Source: Sminthopsis crassicaudata (lineage: Eukaryota). From it: a DNA stretch of 64,000 nucleotides. The stretch is from positions 612,726,958-612,790,957 of the forward strand of contig NC_133617.1 of NCBI RefSeq assembly GCF_048593235.1, written 5' to 3'. Shown piece after piece: positions 39,249 through 51,125 of the stretch (position 1 is its first letter; the number at the start of each line of letters is the position of its first letter). The notes under the pieces were generated by a model. The model was given only the letters and a program-made list of their open reading frames with translations, searched no databases and had not been told where the DNA came from. The position numbers and the translations under genes are program-made.

Positions 39249-40929
39249 AAATGAGCAGTTTTATTGCTCAAAGGGAGAGAAAGTGAGTTTTTACATAAAG
39301 AAAAAGGTTCGATCAACTGCTAAAGAATCTAAAGTAATGTCCCTTTTGTTCGTGAACAATTTTATTGCTGATAAAGCCCAGAAGGGCACTTTTGTGCACC
39401 AAAAGCTGATAAAATCAATGTGTGAGAAAACACAATTTTCCTGATAAAATCTGAAGACAGAGATTGTTTAGAGAACTGGATAAAGAACTGTTCCTGAGCT
39501 GAATGGACTTAGAAAATCTAGTTGAGGGCAGAGAAATAAGGAAGATTACAAAGCATTATATTCACTTTCTTAATTTGCAAATAACTTTTTTTTTCAATTT
39601 GTGAGGTTAAAATTCATAGAGAAAAATCAATTCAGATATTATGAGAAAATTAAGTAAAAGCTATTGGTTTTATAACTAAGACAATGTTGGATTTCATTGT
39701 TTTTAACTTCTGGTTTAATTAGATGTAAAAATTAGATTAGATTATAGGCTCCTTGAGGTCAGGGAATGTCCTTTGCCTTTTAATCCTAGTATTTAGGCAT
39801 AATCCCTGGTGTATGGTAGCAACTTCAAAAAGGCTTTTTGATTTATGTAAGAAGTCATTAGGAGAGAATAGCCAGCTGTAAAGGAATCAAGTTAAGAAAC
39901 TAAATGGAGAAATATGGTAAATCCAGCAGTAAATCCTATCATTTGATTGAAACACTTCTGCAGCTGTATTTGGTGCTTCTGAATAAAAAGATAATTGAAA
40001 TTTTCTTTAATTTGTGATATTACTTTCTACTACTCCATGTATTTTGAGGACAAAAAAGGAGTAATTCATACTTTGCAGTAACTTGGCTGTAAGCATGTTT
40101 GAAGTTGTTTTGAATTGGTATAATATTGTTGAGTGAGTGAAGTGAGTTGTTTTATTGCTCAGACAGCCAACCCAAGTTTTACTGAGAACTCTGTTTTTTG
40201 TAACATAACACTGATTGCTGATTAAATGTCAGAATTCTATTGAGCAAAGAGGTGTTTGGGCTTGTCTGCATTGTCCAGAATGGCAATATGATGAGCTCTA
40301 TAGTTGTTTGGTTTATTAAAACTCCTTGCTACAATAATAGTATAATACAGTTTCAGCTTATTTTTGAAGAGTGATTACTTTAAATAATATTTAATATAAA
40401 AATTATAAATACATAAAATGTAAATACATTTAAATAAATAAAGTTTACTAATGTTTCATCATGCAAAGAGTGAAAGAGGAACAGATTTGCCAGCAGGAGA
40501 GTGGTGAGGACTAGAACAGCTAAAAAAAAAAAAAATTCTTGTAGGAAACAAGGACATCATAGCCTATAGTTCATGATGATAAGTTGTTTCAAGTTCATGA
40601 GATATTCCAATCATTTGACTTCTTTTTAGGTCTTTGAAAATTTGTATCCAAGGTTGTGACACAGATTTAGACTGAATGCTGATATGCTAATTGCTCTTTT
40701 ATAATTTATATTTAAAATCTGTTATATAATCATTATATTTGTTTTCACCATGTCATTAACAAATATTTTATGTTTAAGTGTCGATGGTATGGATATTTGG
40801 ACTGATTTTATAAAAATGAAAATCATAGCAGTGGAGAGCTCATGGTGGTAAGTAGTAGTAATGTATTTTTCTTTCCTTCCCTTACCTTACCACAGAGCAG
40901 ATAGTTTGATTAATGGACCTATGGTATTG

Positions 40930-41400
40930 GTGGCTGTTATTTGTCTTTCATTCTGGAAAAGAACCATGACATCAGGGAAGTGATACCATAATATGTAAGT
41001 GAATTAAGTGAGGAAAGGCTGTGCAAGGTTTCCCACCTCATTTTCCCCTCGAGAGCCATCTAGGTCCAGTGGCCAGATATAGGTCAGATATAGGAGATGG
41101 ACCTGGATGCAATAGGAGAACTTGGCCTTTTTAAACTAAGGTCTTCCATAGGTCTCAGTTTAATTGAGGCTTCAAGCCATTCAGCTATAAAGCAATTGAG
41201 ACAAAGAATCTCCTCTTTCACTTAATCAAAAAAAAAAAAATCCAAAAAAATCAATAAATCTGGGAGGGGAAGACCCTGGGGGTTTCTGGCCAAAGCAGAA
41301 ATGATTGTTATTTACATTTAATCTGAATCTATCAGGATCCAAACAATGACCAGATGGGATATGGCCTGAGACCTATTGATTGTCAATCAGAGAACAGATA
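40930..41400. mobile_element. MdoRep1-like marsupial interspersed repeat (~470 bp)
   Basis: 'tgttatttgtctttcattctggaaaagaaccatgacatcaggg...gagccatctaggtccagtggccagatata...ggcctttttaaactaaggtcttc...gggagggaagaccct'. Confidence 0.65.
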
Positions 41401-41897
41401 AACATGTGATACTGGTATATCTCTTGAGAATGCCAGAATTCCCAGTGTGAAAGCTGATTGTGTTAGCCAGCTAGAGAATGAGGGATAACCATGTCTTTAA
41501 GTATATGCTATAATAGTATAATAGATTTGTAGCTGGAAAGGACTTGGAGAACATTTAATTTATTTATTTACTTTTACTTCTCTTCTTTCCCCCTTCCCTT
41601 CTATAAAGTCATTGACTAGATCAGTTGACATTTCTTTACTCTGTCAGGTCAGGGTCAGCTATTTCTCCATTTCTCTATTTTCTTCCCCACTCTTTTCATT
41701 TCTCATATTGAACTTTGGAGTTGGTAATCCATGATCAAATGTCGGATATATCCAACAGGAAACTAGGAATACTGTTTATACTTTAATTTCTTTTTTTTTT
41801 ATAGTTGGATTAAAGTAGAAATTTTCTCAAAATTCTATGGGATTATCAATTTATACAAAATATTTCTATTTTTCTTTGAAACATCTGTTTTACTTAC

Positions 41898-42066
41898 ACA
41901 ATTCTGGAATATTTTTTTTCTAAACTTGAGATACTTTTTATAACTGCTTCTTGCTGCTGTACCTATTTGATACAAATTTTCATCTCTTCTTATTTCAGTA
42001 ATTCTTTCTATTTTTCCTACTCTCTTGTCTATTTGCTTATCATCCTTACACTGTTTGCAAAGAAAT
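41898..42066 (-). other. Candidate minus-strand exon (169 nt, FLCKQCKDDKQIDKRVGKIERITEIRRDENLYQIGTAARSSYKKYLKFRKKIFQNC)
   Basis: Acceptor tatgctgtgttccag|A and donor TGT|gtaagt. It lies in ORF 41835-42152 with one open frame. Purine-rich composition alone could produce it. Confidence 0.2.
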
Positions 42067-42254
42067 CTGGAACACAGCATAGTATAAGTAAACAAAGCAT
42101 TGCATTTGTAGAAAGAAGACCTGTATTCAGCTTCTGGCTTTCTCATTTCCAAGTTGCATAACCTTCAGCATCTTATCACATACTACTCTTGTACCACCTC
42201 CCTCAACATACCAACACAAAGTTACAGATATACATGCATTACACACTCTCTTCA

Positions 42255-44870
42255 GCTCATTTCAAGTTGATAAGCATTAAGTATCTACTCTGTGCTAGAT
42301 GTCAAGGACCTAGAGAAAAATGAAATATACCTTCTCCTCAAGGGACTTATGATCTACTTATAGAAGGAAAATACATAAATAAAAAATTAAAGTTTAAAGG
42401 AAAAAGGAGAATACAAATAAATTACTTCTCTCTGAACCTTGGTTTCCTTTAGTGTAAAATGAGGTTGTTGGGTAGGTGGCCTCTATAATTGCTTCCAGCT
42501 CTAAAAGCTATGATTTAGCTTCTACTTATATATATATACTTATATGTGTAAATGTAATCCCAAATGTACCATTAGACTATAATGTTCTTATAGACAGATT
42601 TTATTTTTCCTGCTGTCTTTAAACCTAATTACCTATCCCTATTGCCTATAGAAAGGTACTTAAAACTTCACACTGATTGGTTTATTCTTTTCTGAATGTA
42701 CTACGTTATTCATATTATTTCTATATTCAAAATCTTTGAAGGACTACTCCAGATTTATTACTCTTATATTAAAAAAAAAAAGATCCTAGCATTCAAGTTC
42801 TTCTACAATCTTCTCCTCCAACCTGCCTTTCACAACTAATTACTTCTTTGTAATGAACTTGGTATTCCAGCCTACCTATACAACTCTTTATTCCACCTTA
42901 ATTTCTTTTCCTCTTATCTCCATAACTTTGTTTTGCTACACACTACCATTTAAATAATGAAACACCTTTATCTTTCAGTTTAAATATCTCTTTTCATTCA
43001 ATGTCCAACTTAACTGCCTTTCCTTTTTTAGGTCCCTTCCACACTCGATTTGTTTCCATTCCATTCACTTTGACAAACAGTTATCAGATGCCTACTATGT
43101 GCCAGACACCATGGTAGGTGTTAGGGATGCAAAGATAGAAATAAAATGGTCCAAGATCTCAAAGAGCTTATATCAATTAATAAAACAAAAATATTTAAAT
43201 TTAAAATTAAGATAATTTAGGAAAACAAACAAACAAACAAACAAACAAAAAACCATAATTTAGAACTGAATGAGGTTTTAGTGGTTCTTTAATCCATACT
43301 TAGCTTTTTACGGATAAGGAAACTGGCTCAGACATTTGAAATGATTTTCTCAGTGAATCAGTAATAAGCAGCAGAATTGGGATTCAACCCAGGGTCCAAT
43401 CATTCTAAATTCTTTGTTCTATCCACTTTGTCATATGACCTCAAGTTTATATCTATACTATTAAGTAGGAATACATATTGCATTCCTTAAAATTTTCATA
43501 ACATTTTGCTTAGTCTTCTCATATGTACTTTTCACATTGTTTAGAGTTTTGACCTCAGATATACTCGTTAAAATTATTTTTAGCATCAATTCTGTCTTAG
43601 GAAATTCTATACTCAGCTACAAACCTTTAAAATCAGACAGCTATTGATTTAATAATCTAATGAGTTGCTTCATAAAAAAGTAATTTAAAGACAGTAAAAT
43701 AAATGTAGTGTCCTGAGAAATGTAAAAGGTGAGGTAATCTTTTCTGAAGCAGAATGAATGATCAAGTGTATGAGGGTTTTCACTAAAAATAAAATAAATA
43801 ACTCAAGCTAATGTTTGCTGAAACTCTGAGGAAGAAAAAAATTAAAGAAGAGAAACAAAATCAGAAGTTTGAACATTTTGGAATATTTCATCTTAAATTA
43901 CCTTAGGAACTAGTGAAAAACAGGAAAAAGAAAATGTTTTATTTCTCATAATAGTTTACTCTGCAATACTGAGAGAATACAGAAATGAATTTCTTGGCTA
44001 TCCAAACCCTCTTTAATTCTGTGATTTCTGGCTCTTGCCTCTACCCCACATACTCAGAAAAAAGTTCTCTCCAAGGCCACCAATGGCTTCTTCACCAAAT
44101 TTCATGTTTCATCTCCAGCTCCTTCATTTTACAAACTCCTTGAGTTGCCTGGAACTTTTAACATCTGACCCTTTTTTTTTCTATATATTTTCTCCCTAGG
44201 GCATTAGAGACATCACATTTTCTTGGTTCTATTATCTTTCTACATACTTCTCTTTTATCCCTACTGCTTTTTTATTCACTTACAAACATAGGTTTTCAAT
44301 AAGGATCAGAAAAGCTGGTTCACATGGGTTTCCCATATACAACATTCCATCTCCTGTCTTGATATCTTTAGAACCAGTTAATACTCTCTTTTATGTCCTC
44401 TCTTAGAATCCACACTTCCATTTGGAATTTATTTTGTCTCCTTCTACAGAGGCTTTTTGGACTTAAGTTATTAATGTTCCCTTCCCTCTCCCCAATTTTC
44501 TTTATATGTTTTTGTATTTTCTTCACTTTGTAGATGTTTCTGATCAATAAAACCTAAATTGCATGAAGAGAAGGTAAGGTTTGTTTCTCATTTTTATTTA
44601 CCTAATAATGGTTCAATGATTGAGGTACAGTAAGTATTCCAAAAAAATAATTATCAGAATAATCTGAATCAAAGGATCCATCTTTTATCTGCTTTAAAAA
44701 AACCAAAAATAAATCACTTTCTTTCTGAAGAGGCCTTATTTACTCTTTTCACTTATGCCTTCTATGCAGATGATTGCCAAATCTCACTGTGCACAGGACA
44801 TTTTCCAGTGTCACCTTAAGTTCAGTATGACCCAAAAGAAGGTTATTATCTTCCCCATAAATTTGCTTTT
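42255..44870. mobile_element. Cluster of L2 (both strands) and MIR fragments
   Basis: L2 tails at about 42255-42400 (-), 42560-43030 (+), 43060-43170 (-) and 44020-44870 (+). MIR at about 42430-42520 and 43250-43430. Confidence 0.55.
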
Positions 44871-44919
44871 ATCTCTTTTTGATAACAGGTCTCTTTTGGC
44901 TTAAACTCTATTTCACAAA

Positions 44920-45450
44920 ATCACAGGATCTTGAATTGGAATGACCTTTTGAATCATTTAGTCCAACTTGTACCTAAAACAGGATTTCTGGTACAATATA
45001 TCTAGAAGTATTCCACTAAGTTTTGCTTAAAAATCTCTAGGGAATAAGAATCTGCTTCTTCCCTGTATAGCCCATTTGACTTGAAATTTATAGGAAATTT
45101 TGTTTTCTCAATCTTAAATTTGCCTTATTTCAATTTCTACCCACTATATCTAGTTCTGTACATCAGGATATATCATGATAGCTATCATGTCACTATAGGT
45201 CTTCTTCCCTCTGGAAAATTGGCTTCAATTTATTTAATCTTTATGCACTGTCTCCCAGCTCTTCACGATCTGGTTTACCATGCTTTGCCTGCTCACCAGC
45301 TTATCGGTGTCCTTTCTAAAATGTTGTGCCCAGAAGTGAAGGCAATACTCCAGAAGTGATATGAACAGAATATAATATCATGGGACCTTAATTCTGAAAA
45401 CTATGTTTCTTAATGCTGCATAAAATTGTATTAAATTTTTTGGCTGTCAT
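44920..45450 (-). mobile_element. L3/CR1 3' fragment
   Basis: 'tcctttctaaaatgttgtgcccagaagtgaaggcaatactccagaagtgat...tttcttaatgctgcataaaattgtattaaattttttggctg' matches antisense L3/CR1. Confidence 0.75.
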
Positions 45451-45639
45451 GTCCGTAGACATATGTATATAAATGTTGTGTGGGTTTGTATATTCACACA
45501 TAGACATGCCTATATATATATCATATATATATATATATATATACATATATATATGAAAGGAATTATCTAGATATTTAGGTATGCATGCACATACATATAT
45601 ACTTTTATAGGAAAGAGGTGACAATTCTTCTTGGAAACC

Positions 45640-45948
45640 AGTTACTTTCAAGGATCAGTTCAAATGCCACCTTTTTCCTTCAAGAGACTTATTCTGATCC
45701 AAATCATTGTTTTTATTTCAAATATGTTGTATGTTTGATTGCCATTAAATGTCATATTACTTCTAGAGAATGTAAGCTCCTTGATGGCAGAGATTGTCTT
45801 TTAAAAAAGTAATTAATTAATTTTGGGGGGCAATTGGGGTTAAGTGACTTGCCTAGGATCACACAGCAAGTAAGTTCCTGTGATCAAATTTGAATTCAGG
45901 TGCTTCAGATACCAATGCTCTATTCATTGGGTCCTAGCTAGCTGCCCT
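45640..45948. mobile_element. L2 tail (45640-45800, +) interrupted by a WSINE/SINE1-type element (45812-45948, -)
   Basis: 'agaatgtaagctccttgatggcagagattgtc' followed by 'ggcaattggggttaagtgacttgcctaggatcacacagc...tagctgccc'. Confidence 0.7.
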
Positions 45949-46707
45949 GTGGATCTTTTTTTTTTTTTTTTTAAATTCACAGCATGTAGCACAGTATCTG
46001 TTCCAGTGTACAAGTTGACATTTTAAAAATTAATTGATAGTTTTGTAATTTCATCTTAATAAACTTAGTCTAATTTTTTTAGTCTCTTAAGAATCTTTTG
46101 GCTCTTGACTCTTATCATTCAATGTTAGTTGACTCTCTCCTCCTTGGGTCAACTGTAATTTCATAATCATATCATCTATGCCTTTATTAAACTCATAAGA
46201 AAAAACTAAATCTAATAATTTGAGCATATTTTTAAAAACTTTTTTCATTGTTTATCTGGATACTATTAAACTTGAACTTTTAAAAATATATACAATTGAA
46301 GAGGAAATAAATATAATTAAACTCCTATTATCTTCATATACTGTGACTGAATTTCCTCATGAATATATCTTCTTAATAAGCAATACTTCTTTGTATCATC
46401 TTTCTTTTACATTTCCTGCTCCTTTTCTACAATGTATGCTTTCCAGATTCATATTTTTTAATAATAGGTCTAATGTCAAGAAGTCCCAGGGATAGTTATG
46501 CATTCAAATTTGCTTGATTACATGAGGATTCCTAGTTCATTTTTCTGGTTACTCATACTTGGTGCATTTACATATGAACATTTGGGCCCATGAGTCTTAT
46601 TACTTTTCTTCTTTTTCGGATTTTATTTGCTGTGGATTTGGGGTTAATTCTAATTGTGATTCTTACATTAGAGCTACTTTCAATTGTATCTTAGTGGATA
46701 TATTTTA

Positions 46708-47032
46708 TTTTCTCCATCTTTATTTCTTTCTGACCCTTGTTACAGTTATTACATACCTGGTATAAGGAATGCATCTATATATTTATGTTTTAAGCAACAA
46801 TGAAGAAAATAAAAATGAACATAAAGAATCAGACACCAAGCCACATACTATATTGTCAACACTTCAGATAACTTCACAATCTGGATATTCAAGTATGTGG
46901 TCATGTTATGCTCAGTGATTTCCCCCAATTCCTCCAATTCCTCTTGAATAAAATTCAGTCTCTTTTGATTGTTTTTCAGAGTGCTTTGTAATCTAAAACT
47001 ATTGCATATTTTCAGCAGAAGTTCATAGTCCA
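46708..47032. repeat. Diverged local direct duplication, copy 1
   Basis: Aligns with 47806-48134 from 'ttttctcc...tttctttctgacccttg' to 'catagtcca', roughly 75% identity by eye. Confidence 0.9.
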
Positions 47033-47805
47033 TCTATCCCCACTTGCATCATATGAACAAAATTAGTCTTGATCTCCAAAATACATACATATATATGTAT
47101 ACATATATATATTTGTTCTCTATGCTTTTGCTTTTTTAATCTCTATGCTTTAAATGATTAGCTTTTTTATTTACTCTTGATGAACACTTACCTATCCTTA
47201 CCTATATAACATTTTTATACTTACCATGGGGCAAAATGAAGTATATTTTGCTTATATGAGTTTTTCTGCCATATAAGTATCAGACTGTATGTTTTCTGAG
47301 GGTAAAGACCATGGCCTTTTGAAACAATATCCCCTTTTAGAAGAGAACACATGCAAATTGGTAGTTCAAACTCAGTGATATTATAGTACATGGTGCATTA
47401 TACTTTTACAATTCAACAAATATTTATTAGTTTCTTACTGTATGGGAAGTTTTATGCACAGGAAGAAGAGATATTGTTTCAATATGCCATAACTAAATTT
47501 TCTGATTTTATATATTACATATATATATTTAAGGCTGAAAAATTTTTGTCTCCAAGTCATTCAATGTTTTATTGATACTTAAGATCCTGTTATTTCCCAG
47601 TTCCTCCATTACCAATACACATTCAGTTGAATCATCTCTTTTTCACAAAAAACACACCATATATCAAAGAACTTGATATATCAGTCATGTCACAGTATAT
47701 ATCTGATTCGTGAACTTACTGTTCACTAGCTTTCTACTTTGAGAAACAAAGCATGTTTCACAATGGATAGGGCCTCGAATTCAGGGTCTTCATTATATCA
47801 TATGC

Positions 47806-48134
47806 TTTTCTCCCTCTTAATTTCTTTCTGACCCTTGCTACATTTATTGAATATATAATATAAGGAATACACTTGTATTCTTATGTTTAAAGACACAATA
47901 AAAAAATAAAAATGAATCTAAGTGAATCTAAGGAATCAGACACCAAGCTATATACTATATTGCCAACATTTCAGATAGCTTCACGATCTAGATATTCAGG
48001 TATATGGACATGTTATGTTTATACTCAGTGATTTCCCTAATTCCTCGAATACAATTCATTCTCATTTGATTGTCTTTTACGATATTTCACAATATAAGAC
48101 TATGATATGTTTTTTAGCAGTAGCTCATAGTCCA
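47806..48134. repeat. Diverged local direct duplication, copy 2
   Basis: Shares 'gaatcagacaccaagc', 'tactatattg', 'tcagata.cttcac.atct.gatattca' and 'ctcagtgatttccc' with copy 1. Confidence 0.9.
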
Positions 48135-49129
48135 CCCCTATTATATCAACAATCCAAAATAGCTGAATAAAAGAGTTAGTCATTAATCCACTGTGTATGT
48201 CAGAGATGCCCAGTATTTTTCTTAAGAAGTATTTAGTCACCTGATCCAAGGGATATTTAATTATTAAACATCACTTCTGAGCATAGGGTGCTAGGGAACT
48301 CTCCTCTTTCTCTTTTCCCTTTTTGCTCTCAAGTATAGGCCTGATGAAAAGACAATAGTTATAACTATGTTGACTAGTCCTTGACCTTTTAGATCTCATT
48401 GTCTCATTATAAAAATTGAAACAGTGCTGAATAAGGAGAGTAAAAGCAATTAGCAACAATGATAATAAAGATTATGGCCGCAGCAGGGCCAACTCCACTA
48501 ACAAATGTGCTAGATTCAAACTTAAGAACCTTCCCTGAAAATGATCTATCTGGTGAATAAATGTTGAATTTTACTAGCTTGTTTTCCTCTTACTCATGTC
48601 TGAGATTTTAGGAACTTGTAAATCTGACCCATTTCTAGCTCTAATTTAAGTTTGGGCTTATATTTTGTACAATAAAGTAATATTCCAGAGAGAAAATAAA
48701 TATCTGCTTCTCATTTTTGTGTACCCTTAATATTACAATGGGGGGAAGAAGATGATGTGTATGCTGACAATAAAGTCTTTAAGAATGAAGTAGGATGTTT
48801 CAAAGGGGGTTTGTACTATACAAATGAGATTACACTCATAGTATAATGACTCATATTAATATAACATTAACATTTGCAAAGTATTTTCTATTACCTTGTG
48901 GGAGCCTCACAATAACTTTGTGAGACAGGTGCTATAATTATAGAGAAAAATGAAGCTAACTGAAGCATGTTTTCTGACACTAAAGTTTTGGAGTGAAGTA
49001 GAAGAAAAATAATGCTATCCACCTCCTGCTGGTTTGTGAATGAGCCAAATGCAGTGTGGGCATGGTAGATAAAGTATGGTGGTAGAAGCCATGTTGTAGT
49101 TCTTCTTACTAAATTTGCCTTACACTTTA

Positions 49130-49395
49130 GGAGGGGAAAGGAACAAATTTTTATTAAGAACCTACTATGTGCCAGACAATGTGCTAAATTTTATAAAAAT
49201 ATTACCTTGCTTGAGCCTCATAATCCTGTTAGATAGATGCTACTGTTATTATTCCCATTTTCTAGGAGAAGAAATAGGCAGACAGATGTTGATTTACCTA
49301 GTGTCACAGCCAGTAACTGTCTGAGATTGGATTTGAACTCAGCTCATCTTTACTCCATGGCTATCCAACGTTGTATCCATTGTGTTAGGCTGCTA
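49130..49395 (-). mobile_element. Marsupial MIR-family SINE, near full length
   Basis: 'tttattaagaacctactatgtgccagacaatgtgct...attcccattttctagg...ggatttgaactcag...tatccattgtg'. Confidence 0.75.
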
Positions 49396-50344
49396 GAGTT
49401 GTTGATCTACGTGAAAACCTTGAGTCCTTCTTTATTGTATTTTTCTGAGTTTCTTAATATATCAGTCCCTTAATAATACATGTCATACATGCCACCTTAT
49501 TAATAATTGACTGCCTTTCCATTCTCTTATCCTTTGAAATCATACCTTGCTATAACCTACTGCCAAATCAGGGGACTTATTTAAATAATTCTTAATTCTT
49601 CATAATGTGAATATATTGATTCCTTGTATTTACTTTGTAGGAGATATGAGTCAAAATCTGAAGCTAACATATGTCTAGCCATTATTACCGAGACCTTAAC
49701 CTGTAGACAAGATAAAGGGAAGATTCTCCCTACCTATATGTGCAAAAAATACCAAAATACCAAATACAAGGCTTTTATGATTCACTTTGCTTTTTTAAAA
49801 CTGTGCCTGAAGTTTATTTTAAACCATTTTTATAACAAGCTTCATTTGGAAGGAAAAAGAATTGTAGCACATAATACTAATTATTCTTGATCCTCAGTCC
49901 TCCCAAATATTAACAATAACACTTCAGTGTATAAATCCATAGAAGATTCAAAGATCAATATTTAACGGGTAAAACATGAAAATATATGGGTTCCAATCCT
50001 ATTTTTGACATTTATTAGCTCTGTAATGATGGGTAAGACACAACCTTGCTAGGGTCCATTTTTGTAAAATGATGATAATAATACCTATTTCTTAGAATCA
50101 CTATGAAGGATAAAAGGGGATATCACCATAGAATTTAAAGTATTTTGAAGTAGGGACTCTTTTTACTCTATTTTTGTAATAGTTTCTAGCATAGCTCTTC
50201 AAAATTATGCAAAATTTGTTTAGTTGCACTATTGAGAGTATATATTTGAAAATCCTTTTACAAACCTTAAAGTGGTTGAAAAATTATTGCTACCTATTAA
50301 TATATAGCTATTATTATTATTTTTTTATTTATTTATAATTCATT

Positions 50345-50592
50345 TTGTTGTTTGATCATTTCTCAGTTGTGTTTGAGTTATAATGACCCCATTTGCGGTT
50401 TTCTTGGCAAAGATACTGGAGTAACTTGTTATTTCCTTTTCTAGCTCATTTTACAGATGAGGAAACTGAGGCAAACAGGGTTAGGTGACTTGCCCAGGGT
50501 CATAGCTTTAGGTAAGTGTCAGAATTGAACTCAGGAAGATGAGTCTTCCTTACTTCACAGACCCATCGCTCTATCCATTGTGCCACTTTGGT
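50345..50592 (-). mobile_element. MAR1-type SINE
   Basis: 'gaccccatttgcggttttcttggcaaagatactggagtaa...tcattttacagatgaggaaactgaggcaaacagggttaggtgacttgcccagggtca'. Confidence 0.9.
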
Positions 50593-50849
50593 AGAATTTG
50601 GCTGAATTCAGGGGCTGAGGATTTCTTGGTGAATACACCAAACATAACTCAGCTAGATCCCAGAAATCTACCCATTTTGATTTTCACCATTTATACATCT
50701 GCTAGAAAGTGCATCTTCACCTCAGAGTCATACAGTTAGTATTTGAAACAAGATTTAAACTTGAGTCTTTAGCACTTTATCTACTATGTGATATAACTGC
50801 CACAACCACACACACACACACACACACAATACAGAGTTCACAAAATGTT

Positions 50850-51125
50850 TTCTTTATAACAATTATTTGCATCCTACAAATTTTATGTATATTTTATGTA
50901 TTTATTTTATGTATATATGTATACATATATACAAATGCATACATACATTTATGTATATATATATATATGAATATATATATATATATAAAATATGTACAAA
51001 TTTATGTATAAAACCAAATTTTAATGGGGTTGAAACAGAACAAAAGAGGAAAAACTGAAAAAAAAAATAAAGTGGAAATAACATGCTTTGAGCTGAATTC
51101 AGACTTCCTCAGTTCTTTCTCTGTA
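50850..51125 (-). mobile_element. L1 3'UTR fragment with AT-rich microsatellite
   Basis: 'gaataacatgctttgagctgaattcagacttcctcagttctttctctg' plus (TA)n. Confidence 0.6.

Noticed and set aside
44534-44580. Strong donor GAAG|gtaagg with an upstream acceptor
   Set aside because: All three frames contain stops, and the site lies in an L2 tail.
46848-47033. Claim of purifying selection on the minus-strand ORF in the duplication
   Set aside because: Synonymous changes cluster at the ends, but the middle 21 codons are mostly nonsynonymous with stops in copy 2. The overall ratio is close to neutral.
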